NCBI GenBank assembly: GCA_028534125.1
Contig: CM052816.1
Span: 26,910,001-26,974,000, forward strand
DNA: 64,000 nucleotides
Source of the DNA: Lama glama
Taxonomy: Eukaryota
Direction: 5' to 3'
Part shown: positions 25,413 through 38,023 of the stretch, piece by piece
Position numbering within the stretch: position 1 is the first letter of the stretch
How the letters are laid out: each line of letters starts with the position of its first letter
Translations under genes and position numbers: made by a program
The notes under the pieces: generated by a model
Database searches by the model: none
Told to the model about the DNA's origin: nothing
The model's input: only the letters and a program-made list of their open reading frames with translations

Positions 25413-26567
25413 ATAACCATGAGGAGAGGTGCTAAAATCCTGTAGTAATCAAGGAAATGCAAGGTAAATAATGGAGGTGTCATTTTTTAACTTTTAGAGT
25501 GGCAAACATTGCAAAGATTATTCCAGTGTTGGCAAAAATGTGGGGAAATGAGTACTCCTGGTGAGAGTGAACTAGGACAGACTTTTTAGTTGACAAACTG
25601 GCAGTGGCTATTACAGTTTTAAAGGCATGTATTCAGTCCAGAAATTTCACTTCTGGAAGTAGTTCCATATGTTCAGGGCAGGAAAAGTATATACAAGAAT
25701 ACTGCACTGTTTACAATGGCAAAAATTTGGAAACAATTTTGATCATATCATGGATAAAAATATTTTGGTGTATCTACACTATGAATACAACGTTGCATTA
25801 AAAAAACCTATGTTAGTATTTCTGGGTTAAGATAGAAAACAGAACATATTTAACTAATTTCACTCCTTCTAGCCCCAATAAAACTACAAAGAATTTTCCC
25901 TTTCTTTTTTAATGCAAAAGATAGGAAAAGCAGGAGGAGAGAGAATAGCAAAAAGATTTGTATAAGCTAGAAAGCAGATGGATGAGAAGTAACTGTTTTA
26001 GCAAACAAGAAAAAGCCCAATTTAAGCAAGCAGTGGGAAAGCTGAAAATGAGCCTGATTTACACAGGACAATACCCAAAAGGCTCAGTGACAGGGAATAA
26101 AAGGTATATCTAGCATGAGAGGTAATTGGCTAAAAGAAGAAACACTGAGTGACAGCTGAGAATCAGGAACATCCCTTAATCCCCTCTGCCACCTTTGCAC
26201 AATTCTGGAGGATATTTCTGAGAGAGACAGAGAGTGAAAAAGAGTCTTTGTATTGGAAGTTGACAGGACCAGCTGAGAGCATGAATACTTATCAAAAAAT
26301 AGTTGGGGCCTGGGGTAAGTTACCATATACATATTGAATGATGAATGCTGAATCCTGATAGAAGCTGGCAACTACATCTTTACCTTCCAGGCAAGAAACA
26401 GGAAATATGACTAGCCCAAGAGAAAACATCTAGAAACACCAACATTAGAAATTTCCATCTGAAAAAGGAAAAACAAAACAAAACAAAAAACTGAAATAAA
26501 AAAAGAAATTCTCTTCAAACAGCCTAAGGCAATCATTTTTCAGTGATGATCAAGTTTGATAGACCTT

Positions 26568-27551
26568 GGGTGTGGTCAAGATGGCAGAGTAGGAAGACCC
26601 TGAGCTCACCTTCTTCCACAGACACACCAAAACTACAACTATTTACAGAGCAATTATCGTTGAGAATGATCTGAAGACTAGCAGAAAATATTTTCCACAA
26701 CTAAGATATAAAGAAGGAACCACAACAAGACCTGGCAGAAGGGGTGGAGACTTAGTACAGTGAAGACCCACATCCCTGGGGTAGGCAACAGCACAAACAG
26801 GAGGATAATCACAACTGGAGAGATATTCCTCCAGAAGTGAGGGTTCTAAGCCCCACATTGGACTCCCCAGCCTAGAGGTCCTGCACTGGAAAGACAAGCC
26901 CCCAGAACATCAGGCTTAGAAGGCCAACAGGGCTTGTATACAGGAACGCCAGAGGGCTGTGGGAAACAAAGACCCTACTTAAAGGGCACGTGCAAAATCA
27001 GTCTCAGCACAGAGGCAGTAATCTAAAAGGAGTCTGGGTCAAACACACCTGCTGATTTTGAGAATCCCTGGAGAGGCAGGAGGCAGGAGGCAGGTACTCC
27101 CCCTGGGAACACAGATACTGGCAGTAGCCATTTTGGGGAGCTTATTCTACCACAAGGACACTGATGCTGGCAAGCACCATTTTGGAGTCATCCTTTGTGA
27201 CAACATGTATGACCCTGGAGAGTATTATGCTAAGTGAAATAAGTCAGACAAAAACAAATGCTATATGATATCACTTATATGTGGAATCTAAAAACAAAAC
27301 AAACGAATAAACAACAAAACAGTAAAAGAAACAAATTTGATCACAGATACAGAGAACAAACTATTGGTTGCCAGAGGGGAGAGGGATGGGGGGTGAAAAA
27401 AAAAGGTAACATGGGAGGTAATGAATGCTAATTAGCTTGATTGTGGTGATTATTTCACAATGTATATTTATATGAAACCACTGTATTGTATACCTTTAAT
27501 ATATATAATTTTTGTCAATTATATCTCAATAAAGATGGAATTTTTTTTTTT
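26568..27551 (+). mobile_element. Internally deleted L1 (5'UTR joined directly to 3' end)
   Basis: CAAGATGGCAGAGTAGGAAGAC L1 5' start; at about 27195 it switches to TGTGACAACATG...TATGCTAAGTGAAATAAGTCAGAC...TCAATTATATCTCAATAAAG. Confidence 0.75.
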
Positions 27552-27564
27552 AATTTGACAGGCC

Positions 27565-28900
27565 CCATGACTATACTTAGAGCTTCTAATCAGCTTTCAG
27601 TTCCCACTGCTAATTATGAGAAGACAACCAAGGACTAACACATATCTGAGGAGAGCATCTAACAAGGAACAGAGGTCAAAACAGAAAAATAACTTTGAGG
27701 AAACAGAAACAGGGAGGAAAAAAAACTTGAAAAAAGTAAATTGTCACCTAATATCCTCAGAGAAATACAGAAGACATTGCATGTATGAAATGGGAACAGC
27801 AAGCTACTTGAAGACAGGAACAATCAGAAAACAAGAGTACAGAGAGTAGAACACAATGACAGATGCAAAACAGGAGAGAAAAATAACAGCATCAGTCAAG
27901 GGCATCCAACATCCAAATAACGAGTCTCCCAGAAAGAGAAGAGAGAGAACATAGAAGGGAGGAAATTCTGATTGAAATAATCCAAGAAAATAAATGTCCA
28001 GAATGAAATGTCATGTTTCCAGATGAAAGCACCCACACAGGATGGAAAAAGACGTATTCTATAGCAATTCTATAGATTTCAGAACACTGGAGATAGAAGA
28101 TCCTACACTCTGAAAAGGGGTGGGGGTGTGGGCAGCTCACATAAAAAAGATCAGAAAACAGAATGGGTTTGGAATTCTCAAGAGCAACACTGGAATGTAG
28201 AAGACAATGAGGCAATGTCTTCAAAATTCTAGAGAAAATGATTTCCAACATATACTCAGTTAAATTGTCTATCAAGGATTAGGGCAAAATAAAGTCTGAA
28301 AAGTATAGTTTCTATGCATCATTTTCAGGAAACTACTCTGTGTATCTACCAAAATGAGGGAATAAATCAAGAAAGAGGAAAATGTGGGGTACAGAGAACA
28401 GGAAATACAACCCAGGGGAGAAGCAAAAGGAATCTTCAGGATCACCACTGTGAGGCAGACAAAGATAACCTGTTGAGACCAGAGTAATGCGACTTAAGAG
28501 GCAGACATTCTGAGGGCCACTTTCACAATCCTTCTGCTGTATCTTCATTTTAACCTAAGAAACTACTGGAGAATGTATTATTCCAACACAAGAGAATAAA
28601 CCAAAAAGGAGGAAGGCATGAAACCCAGGACGTAGGGAATGTATTCCAGGAGAAAAAAAGTCAATTTCAAAGTTCAAAGCGAGGCAAATCCAGAGACACA
28701 ACAGGCCCAGAGAGCACAAGTTCAGATAAAGTAGAAGGCCCAAAGGAAAGTAATTGGAATGGTTAAATAACCTGATCTGAGTGGTCTTGTGGGAAATGTA
28801 CTAAGAGACTATAGGAAGACGTGGGAAAATTTAGCAAGAGATTAAAAAAAAAAATGCAACAACCAAATGAAAAAAATCAAGGCATGTTCTACCTCAGTAA
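27565..28900 (+). mobile_element. HAL1/L1 ORF1-like ancient element (its 5' part probably at about 25820-26550)
   Basis: Degenerate ORF1 motifs CATCCAACATCCAAATAACGAGTCTCCCAGAAAGAGAAG...GAAATAATCCAAGAAAAT...GGCAATGTCTTCAAAATTCT. Confidence 0.55.
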
Positions 28901-28924
28901 AGAAATAGGAAGGTCACTGAAAAC

Positions 28925-29235
28925 AAAAAGTATGAGAAACTGTCACAACCAAGAGGAGCAAGAGACATGACAACTAATCATAATGTGGTATCCTGCAAGG
29001 AATATTGGAAGAGAAAAGGAACATCTGGCAAAAACAAAGGAAATCTGAATAAGCTACAGACTCCAGTTAATAATGATGTGTCAGTATTGGTTCATTAATT
29101 GTAACAAATGCATTATACTATAAAATGTTAATAAGGGAAACTAGGTACAGAGTATATGGGAACTCTGTATGTACTACCTTCACAATTTTTCTATAAATCT
29201 AATATTGTTCTGAAAATAAACTTTATTTTCTAAAA
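28925..29235 (+). mobile_element. L1MC-like 3' end
   Basis: GAGAAACTGTCACAACCAAGAGGAGC...ATTGGTTCATTAATTGTAACAAATG...TATATGGGAACTCT. Confidence 0.75.
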
Positions 29236-32200
29236 AAGGAAGAAAACTGTGATTAAATATACTTTAACTTTCAGCAGTGAACAATATTTGTATAGGCATA
29301 AAAATGAAAATATTGAATCCTGATTTAACCAAAAATTGTAACTGCATTGGAAGTGGGGAATGAGTGTATGAAGCAGATGGATGGCAGAGTAAGAGAAATA
29401 AACTCCCATTTACCATAAAAAAAAAATAAGTAAATGATGTTTGAAATTGATGATTCAAAAGATAGCAGGATATGCATTTTATTTAGATACATGAAGGCAT
29501 ATAAATGGCAGAAGAAACAGCTAAGAGTAGAAAGAAATTATTTGTGGAAAAGTACTGGGGATGTCTTTTAAATTCTTAATTCAAAATCCCTTCCCCCTTG
29601 ATTTTTCTCACACGTATCAATAATCCCTAATCTTGAATGAATCCGACAATCTGTTTTCTCATGGCTGGAAAAAAAATGGATACTTCCTTTGGTTGGCTTC
29701 ATTTTAAATTCGTGATTTCCAAATTCATTTGAAAGTCAGGACTCATCCAGTCTCTTACTCTTCTGTTTCTGTTCTCTAAACATCTACCATTTTTCTTTGG
29801 CCTCCAATCTTCTTTGGCTTTCCTGCTGATAACCGTCCCTGATGATGGCTTAATTTCCTATTTCACTAAGAAAATAAAAGCATTCAGGCATTATTTCCAA
29901 ATAGATCCATCTTTCCTTTCCTTATTGTTCAGAGGAAGAAACATCCTTACTTTTCTCTGAGGTACTTTCCATCTACCTTACTTCTTTACCTCCATTATGT
30001 CCTTAGATGTTAGTTTGACATGGGATTTTGTTCTCAGGAGGCTGATCTTATTCTCCTTCTTCTCTAAGGCTGCATTCATTAACAATCAACAGCTTTAAGG
30101 GATAGGGCATGTTCACATGTCTAAGTTGATGATGAAATATCAACTCCTGACTTCTGTTTTCATACATTTTCATCTTGAATGGAGAGTTGAAAATACCTTA
30201 TTTTCATTTTGAAGTTACATCAAAAATTGCCCCTAAGAAGTTTCTTTACCCAAACTACACCTGCTGTAATATCTCAGTTAATCAAAGCAGCAGTATCCTA
30301 AATCATCAGAGCCAGAGATCTGGGCATCATTCTCGACAACTCTCTTGTCCTTCCCTGATACCCAATCCATTGCTTCAGTGCCTGACACAGTAGAGAATGA
30401 ACAAATACTTATTGAATGAATGAATGAGTGAAGCTTGCCCATTCTTATTTCCATTTCCCTATCTCCTTTCCTACTTCCACTGCAGTCAGGTGCTCACCAT
30501 CACTTAGCTGTACAATTGCTGTTCCATCAATTGCCATCATGATCTTTTTATTCTCCATGTGTTTTCTTCATTGATTACTACTTCCCTTAGTCTACAACAT
30601 AATGTTCTTATATGTGTTTGTGTGTGGAAATAAACTTTCCTTTTCTTAAATAATTGCCACATTTCTATCTCACCTTTCTTTCCTTTGTCCCCACACTCCT
30701 TTTAAAGGTCTCTAGCTCATTTCCTGACAACTCATTTAACTAGAGTCTCTATGTAGAGAGGGCAGCTCTAAAAGTAATAAAATAAAAACTGGTTTTGACT
30801 GCAAACATTCTTCCTCTCTACCTCTGATCTTCAGCCTCAGGGCTCCAAGAAATATCTCAGGGACAGACTGCTCTGAGAGGGAATCCTTCTGGAGATCCCA
30901 TTGATACCCTCATCAAACATACATCCACTGTTATGAAGAAGCCCTGAAGACCGGTAAAATAATCAAAATGCAGGTACTCTGTTTAGACTGAGATTAAGTA
31001 GACTCTTACTTAATGAATAGTTATTATTTATTAAGTACATGCTATTGCTGAGAAATTCAAATCAATTATCGTAATAAACTGAAGGAGTACCTGAACAGAT
31101 ATTATTATTACTTTACATTTTCAAATAAGGAAACTACATTTCAGAGAAAAATACTTGCTCAAAGTCAATGAAGTAGATTCCTGAGCCAGAATTCAAAATG
31201 GCAGGCTAGAAGCATAACCATATTTCTAACCACCCCATTGTACTCTCTCAACTGTACCATACTAGGTTCTACAAGAAATAACAAGGGCACAGAAGCATAC
31301 AGAGTATTCAAAGCAGTAAGACAACTATAAAGCAAAGTAACATTGGTAAGTACAATCTGAAAGGTGCAAAGGGTTACTAGAGTCCTGCTGAGAGACTGAG
31401 AGGTCCCTTGCTTCTTTTTAGTTAGGAGACTAAAGAGGATATATGGAAGATAAGGACTCTACACACTGGATAGGATTTAACCAACTGCTGGTAAAGTGGG
31501 AAAGGGTAACTCAGACAAGGTAACACCAACAGCACTGAGCCATAAATGACAGAGTAAGCTCACAAGACAGGGGCATCATTTGATAAAGCAAAAGGTAGGT
31601 GAAGGTAAGGGGTAAGATCAAGACAGGAAAAGTAGTTTGAGGCCAGATTTTGGATAATCTGGACTTTATCATGGTCACAAGATCTTGTGGGAGAGAGAGT
31701 ACAAGTGAGAATGGAACAGATTTCAGAAATACAGTCAACTCAAGCGGGTCTTGGCAAAATAATGATACTGAAGTAATGTAAATGAAAACATAAGCACTTT
31801 CCTTTTTGTCTCAGTTACAAGAACCTGGGAAACATTTTTAACTGAAATTTAGAATCTAAGTTTGGTTGAAAAGCCTATTTCCATCCATGCACATGTACAT
31901 TTATGTACACACACAAACCCACACACATTTACACACATATATAGTGACATCTGAAATAAAGATCTAGGAAGTAAATACAGGTTAAAATCAAGATAACTTG
32001 AGACTTGAATATGGAAGCAGTAAGAAGGCAATTTATTGTTCATTTTTGTTAAATTTTGTCTAATTTTTGTTTTATTAAACAGTTACATATACGTAAACTT
32101 AAAATAGAACCCCCCCAAACAGTTTATCCCACTAACTGACCTTAATTAAAAAAAAATAATTTTCTGTGTATTAACATGTGGGCAGCTTCACCTTAACTGG

Positions 32201-32851
32201 CTTTAAATACAGTTTCCATTTGACCCAGTTAATTAAGAAAAATATTTAATATTATTTAATTCTTTGAGAATTAAAAAAAAGTATGTGATGAGAAAGGAAG
32301 ATGAGGATTTTTAATTTCTTCATGAGCGTTAAAAGATTAGACAGCAAGGCACAACTTTCTTCTTTTGTACAATCTTCTACTCTCAGCCACTTCTGAAATT
32401 AACAGTTTGAAGAAATAAATTCTGTGTATACCAAAGGACTTCCTAGAATTCTATGTTAATGATCAGAACAGGAATCTTGAAAAGCTTGTCATACACTTTC
32501 AAAGAAGAATGTTCACAGACATTTAACAGATTTCAAGAGGAAAAATCAGTTCAATCATAATGATTTAAGCTCTGGATCTGCTTACCTGTAAAATGAGGAA
32601 GTTGTACTAGACTAAGTTTCCTTCAGGCATTAAAGTGCTACCATTTGTTCCCAGTAGATATTCAGTACCCACCACCTGCAAAGTACTATGCTACAAAATC
32701 TTGCACTTAAATTGTACCTGTATTTGAGAACAACACCTACTAGTCCCTTTTATTTAGCTTTGAATTCTTCACTAGATTTGGGATGGTAAATAACAAACAA
32801 CTGTTGCACTTACTCTCCATTTCCAGTTCCATGCATGGCACTGTCTACATT

Positions 32852-33141
32852 TGCGCTGTCCAGTATCATAGCCACTAGCCATGTGTGATGACTTAAAATG
32901 TGGCTAGTCCAAATGGAGATGTGATGAAAGTGTAAAATACACACCTGATATCGAAGACTTAGTATGAAAAATAGAATGTTAACTATCATAATAATTTTTA
33001 ATACACTGAATTACACCTTAAAATATTTTGGAGCTACTGGATTAGATATTAAAATTAACTTTACCTGTTTCTTTTACTCTTTAAAATTTGGCTGTAGAAA
33101 ATTTTAAATTATGTGTGTGGCTCACATTATATTTCTATTGG
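32852..33141 (-). mobile_element. MER33 hAT-Charlie MITE
   Basis: GCGCTGTCCAGTAT...AGCCACTAGCCATGTG...GAAGACTTAGTATGAAAAA...GGCTCACATTATATTTCTATTGG. Confidence 0.8.
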
Positions 33142-35854
33142 TTTAAACTCTAAGGACCTCATCCACAGATCACCATGACCTCTCTTTATGGCTTTGATTA
33201 CAAAGTCAGAGTAATCAACAATTTTTCATACCACTCTTGCAGTAATTCCCCTCTTGCTATTTCTGTGTCTGGCCAAACAGTTGCTTTCATTATAACTTAA
33301 AACCATATCCTTTATTATGAGAATTAGAAATGAAACTTACTTGATTCTAGATTTTGGATAAGGAAGGTAATGGTGATTCTGTCTTTTTTCAAAACTCTGA
33401 AGTAGAATATGTTATACAGAAAGATACTATATAACACACACATTTCCTGACTAGTGGATATGGAAATGCATCCAAAAATCTCAAGCCAGTGACTGGACTT
33501 CCTTTTCACAGCTGTTATTTCCCTCCTATCAGCGACCTTTCTTCGTTTAAAACAGGATGACTTTTGCTCAGCCTAGGGTGTAGTTACTATTAATCAATTT
33601 CTGACTCTTGTTAAAATACGACTGCCAATGCAGGGAGCCATAACAAGAAAGTGAAGTAGCCATTTAGCTTTATAACTAGTCATATGCTTTAGGACAGAAA
33701 AATGGAAGTCTTTATAGTTCCCTTAGACATTAAGAAGCATTTCTTAAAGGAATATAATCTTTCTCTACTCATCTGAGTTCCTTCCTTTAAGGAAACCTGA
33801 CTTGTTAAGAGGCTTATTTATTTTATTTTAAAACCATTTATGAAACTTTGTACAACAAACTTCTAAAACTTTACTATACCTAAATAATAAAATAAAAAGG
33901 TTTAAAGAATAGCAACAATGAAGCAAGAGTATTTTGAGGCTAGTATAAATATATATCTATGTATAAAACAAGATGGATAGTTGAAAATACCTTATCAAAA
34001 AAATACAATCAAAAACTTAATTCTTTTATGTTTAGAAATTATATTTTTACACATTAATTTTGCTTTAGCCTTGCTTTACTTTATTAATAAAAAGTTTGGA
34101 TAAGAATTTGACTTTCTAATAGACTAATATTAATATCAAAGTTTGATATTTCAAACAACATATTTTAAAGTAGAAAGGCACTTCAGGAATCAGTTTTATA
34201 CCCTTGTATTATAGATGAGATGTAAGTGATACGCCCAAAGTCACACAGCTACTGACTGATAGAAGACTGAACACAAGTATGTTTACTTCAAGTTCAGCTT
34301 GTTCCACTGTATTATGCTGTCCTTCTTTAACTTTTATCTGCTTAAAGAAAAAAAAAAAAAAGAAATTAAATTCAGACCTTTAAAACTAAAAGATTATCAG
34401 CATATTAATGCTCTCATTGTTCTATTTATTTGAAATGAAAGTATTTTAGTAATATGAAGAGATATGAAGATTGATGGGTGTTTCAACTTGATCATGTCCG
34501 AAAATATTTATTATTTTATTTTGAGGTACTGAATGGTCTTACAAATGAACCAGAGCAGAATGGGAGATTTGGACTTGAATAACTAAGTTATCGTATGTGT
34601 AAAGTAAATCTCTGAAAGTAATATAACTATGTATTTAATACTAAACATCACTACAGTGAAATTCTCCCCAGTAAGCCTTTACTTTGCTCAATATTAATGG
34701 GACAAGATAGGATCTGATATATATTAATATGAGTTACTCATTTCTCGAAAGTATCTAAGCTACCTTCAACAGAAACAACACAGAAGACTGTTCTATTTCT
34801 ACTTCAGTTTCTTCTTAAGATAGCAAACATTATTTTGCATCTTCTAGGATTTTTTTTTCCTTTTCAATTAATCAAGTCTTTATTTTAAACCTATTGTGTG
34901 TCAGGTATTCTTCTAGACTTCAGGATCGTAAATATGAACAATACCTACAAGAGGTTTAAAAATTCCAACTAAAGTAAGTGGAAGCAAACATATCTTAAGG
35001 AGACTCTGATATGTTAACTGTATCCAGCAAGCTGCTAAAGAGGACTCAGTTACACATATGTCTTACTCTTTTGGAAGGGAGATGTAGATGTTAAGCCTGA
35101 GAAGATCATCTTTAAGAATTATTTTTTAAAAATGAAAATAACTGATGCCAATCATAACTTATACTTTCATCCACATTAAGGATTATATAACTGCCATCTA
35201 AACAGGATACAAAAATAGGTGAGATGGCTGCTGAAGACAAATTTCATTTTACTTCAAGTTTGCTTTGCATTATCCTTGGTTATTCACCAAACTGCAGGGT
35301 GTTTTAGCACAGCCCCACTCTTTGTCATAGACGATCTACTTCTAGTTTAAAATGAAAAATCAAAGGAAAGGCAAGGAATAAATTAAATATATGCAGTCTT
35401 ACACTTTGAAAATAATAAAGGATGAGCAAAATCCATAGGACTTGTAACAGAAGCACATAAGTCCGTCTTTTTCAGATTCTTAAATTGGGTACTTATAATA
35501 GGGATGGATAAAAACAAGCAAAGATAATTATTCTCTCCTTACTCTTAATTCTTACTCTAAAATTACTCAAAAACTTACTTAAAAATTCTACTCCTTACTC
35601 AAGACAAGAGCATTCCCCAAAGTTGAACCAATAGATAAATGTTCTTTGGTTTATGAAGATTTCATAAAAAGAAAACTTAATTAAGCTTCATTTAGTCATT
35701 TAATAATGAAAGAGTTCAGTTTTTTCTGTCAATCAAAAAAATTAATGGATCAGAGCATCACTTATATACATCTAGAAGAAAAAGTTTCTTCCTATTAAAA
35801 AGGTTTTTAAAAGATCTCTAATATGTTTACATACCCAAATAATTGGTTACTAAT

Positions 35855-36289
35855 ACTTCACAAGGAATATCATTTTATTACTGTAATCACAAAATCTTAA
35901 TTTCTGTACAGGAATGTGTAAGTGAACATTAATCAATGCATTGATAATTCACTTCATAAAGAGGGTGAACACACTACAGAACATATTGTAAAGAAAAAAT
36001 ATTGTAAAATTTTCTGGCCTTGCAGTGCACTTTTTTAGTGCAAGTATTTAAGACACAATAGTGTTCAATTCAGCAAAGTATTGCAGAATGTCATGCCACA
36101 GTCCACTTAATTCAGAGGGTCAGGACATGCAGCTTGTAATAAAATGTCAGAATATATATTTATAAAAAACCACATGTAATTCATAAAATATATAGTGGTT
36201 TATTTAGATGGTTTTAAATGATTTCACTGTGGAATTCTGCATAACTGGAACAAACATCCAAGATCTTCTGAACAGGAATAATCTTCTTG
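35855..36289 (-). other. SNX2: SNX2 3'UTR (to distal AATAAA; cleavage position approximate)
   Basis: Repeat-free AU-rich sequence after the stop codon; minus-strand AATAAA at 36199-36204 and 35874-35879. Confidence 0.7.
35874..35879 (-). terminator. SNX2: Polyadenylation signal AATAAA (distal)
   Basis: TTTATT on + strand, about 410 nt after the stop; UGUA elements upstream and a GU-rich tract (TTGGGTATGT) downstream on the transcript strand. Confidence 0.7.
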
Positions 36290-36340
36290 CTAGGCAATGG
36301 CTTTGGCTTCAGGTAGAAATGCCTCCCAGTATTTTATCAG
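36290..36340 (-). CDS. SNX2: SNX2 exon 15 coding part (LIKYWEAFLPEAKAIA-stop)
   Basis: CACAG|CTG ... GCC TAG. Exons 3-15 total 1334 nt = 2 nt + 444 codons, open throughout. Confidence 0.97.
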   Translation of the reverse strand: MIKYWEAFLPEAKAIA

Positions 36341-37189
36341 CTGTGGATGATAATAAAAATAAAAATTCTCATAACCTTGTTGTCATTTATATAATATATA
36401 CTGAGAAGCACTAGGAAAAAATATATACAAATAGCTAACAGTGAATAACATTTACTAAAGTTTGGTTCTTAAAGGGATCATTTTAATTCCCTTATATGAA
36501 GTTTGTCAATATAATTCATATATAAATTATTTTAAAATATTAATTACTCCTGGCGAATTTCAGGTTTTGATGTAAAAAAATATAATTATAAAAATACCTA
36601 AAAACTTAAGACCTGTTTAACTTATGCAAAATCGTATATATGGAAGCTGTGTAAGATTACCTTAAATAATAAACGTGTAATGAGCTTTTCCAATATAAAG
36701 TGGTATCATCTCCTAATTCATAAGATATTCACATTTTAGGTATTGCTAGCCAAAAAAAAAAAATGAGAAGAAAGGAGGAAGAAAAGAAAATTCAAACAGG
36801 AAAGGGAAAAGAGGCTGGGAAGGAATTAGCTGCCAGTCTTTCCTAGATAGTCCAGAGAATAACAGACTGGCATACAAACTAACATGTTTAAAACAATTCC
36901 TATAAAAATAAGCTTATATAACTTATTTTTTTCTATTTAAAAAAATAAAAGTATATGAACTAAGTATTCAAAATACAAAACAAATATAATTTGAAGATAT
37001 TATGTCATCACCTAATTAAAAAATATAATCTATTATATATTATATAGACAAGTTTCTAGTCTACATATTTTTAAATGAACTTGAGGAAGAAACTGTTCTA
37101 TTCAAGATATTAAATAGTTTGATCTAGTACTCAAATTTATATTAAAATACACAGAAAAAAACTTCTATTATCTTGTTACAGACTTTTTC

Positions 37190-37369
37190 TTTTAAAAAAT
37201 TTTTTTAATTTTATAATTTAAAAATTTTATTTTGGGACAGAGGTATAATTAGTTTTTTTAAAAAATTTATTTACTTATTTATTGTTTTAATGGAGGTACT
37301 GGGGATTGAGCCAGGACCTGAAGCAAGCAAAGCAAGCACTCTGCCATTGAGCTATACCCTCCCCACCCC
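37190..37369 (-). mobile_element. tRNA-derived SINE (camelid Vic-type) in SNX2 intron 14
   Basis: GGAGGTACTGGGGATTGAGCC...TGAGCTATACCCTCCCC; imperfect TSD AGACTTTTTCTTT / AGACTTCTTTCCTTT. Confidence 0.85.
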
Positions 37370-37841
37370 TAGACTTCTTTCCTTTATGTAACATTAAAAC
37401 CCATGGTCTTCTAATTAAAGAGACAAATGCCACTTGTGGCATACAATCAACACCAACCCCACACAAACTAAAGCAAACATCAAAACAATATTTAAAAAAA
37501 AAAAACCTTTAAAATTTGGTTTCCAGTTTAAGTTCTATCTGTTATGGAAGAGAAGTACTTACTAAAAGAATGTACTCAAACAGCTATGATCAATACGGAA
37601 ACAAAACTGGGAAGGTAGAGAAAAGGGAAAAGTAGTCCAGAATGTCTCTCACAGCCTAAAATTGGGAAAAGGGTCTCTCTCCTAATGTTTAGAAGGAGTA
37701 GAGGCAAAAAAGACCTGAGAATTTCCAATTACTTTAATTACCATTTTTCCCCTTTGCTGTCTTTGGTTTTCTCTACTATTTATTAACCCTCAAGTTTAAA
37801 CGCTCATTTCACTGATTGTAAGTTATAAAAAATTACCTTAC

Positions 37842-37913
37842 CTGTTGTTGTGTTTGTACTAACGATTCTAAGTACTTGATAATAACAGTTTTAAAATCTT
37901 TCACTCGTTCTTT
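37842..37913 (-). CDS. SNX2: SNX2 exon 14 (KERVKDFKTVIIKYLESLVQTQQQ)
   Basis: 72 nt; AACAG|AAA ... CAG|GTAAGG. Confidence 0.96.
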
Positions 37914-38023
37914 CTGTTAAAGTACAATACATGGAAAAAAGGTCCATTAGTACAAAACTAAACTTGATTTTACCACAAAATGTGATCACGTTGTTAAGAA
38001 AAGTATAAAATTATTATACTTGC

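Larger units (their letters stand above)
23380..25810 (+). mobile_element. Ancient L1M ORF2 remnant, interrupted by MLT1 and a short L1 tail
   Basis: Degenerate A-rich ORF2 motifs (CTAGCCAATGCAGTAAGACAAG; ATTCTAAAATTCAT; CCCAGAAATAGATCC). Confidence 0.65.
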
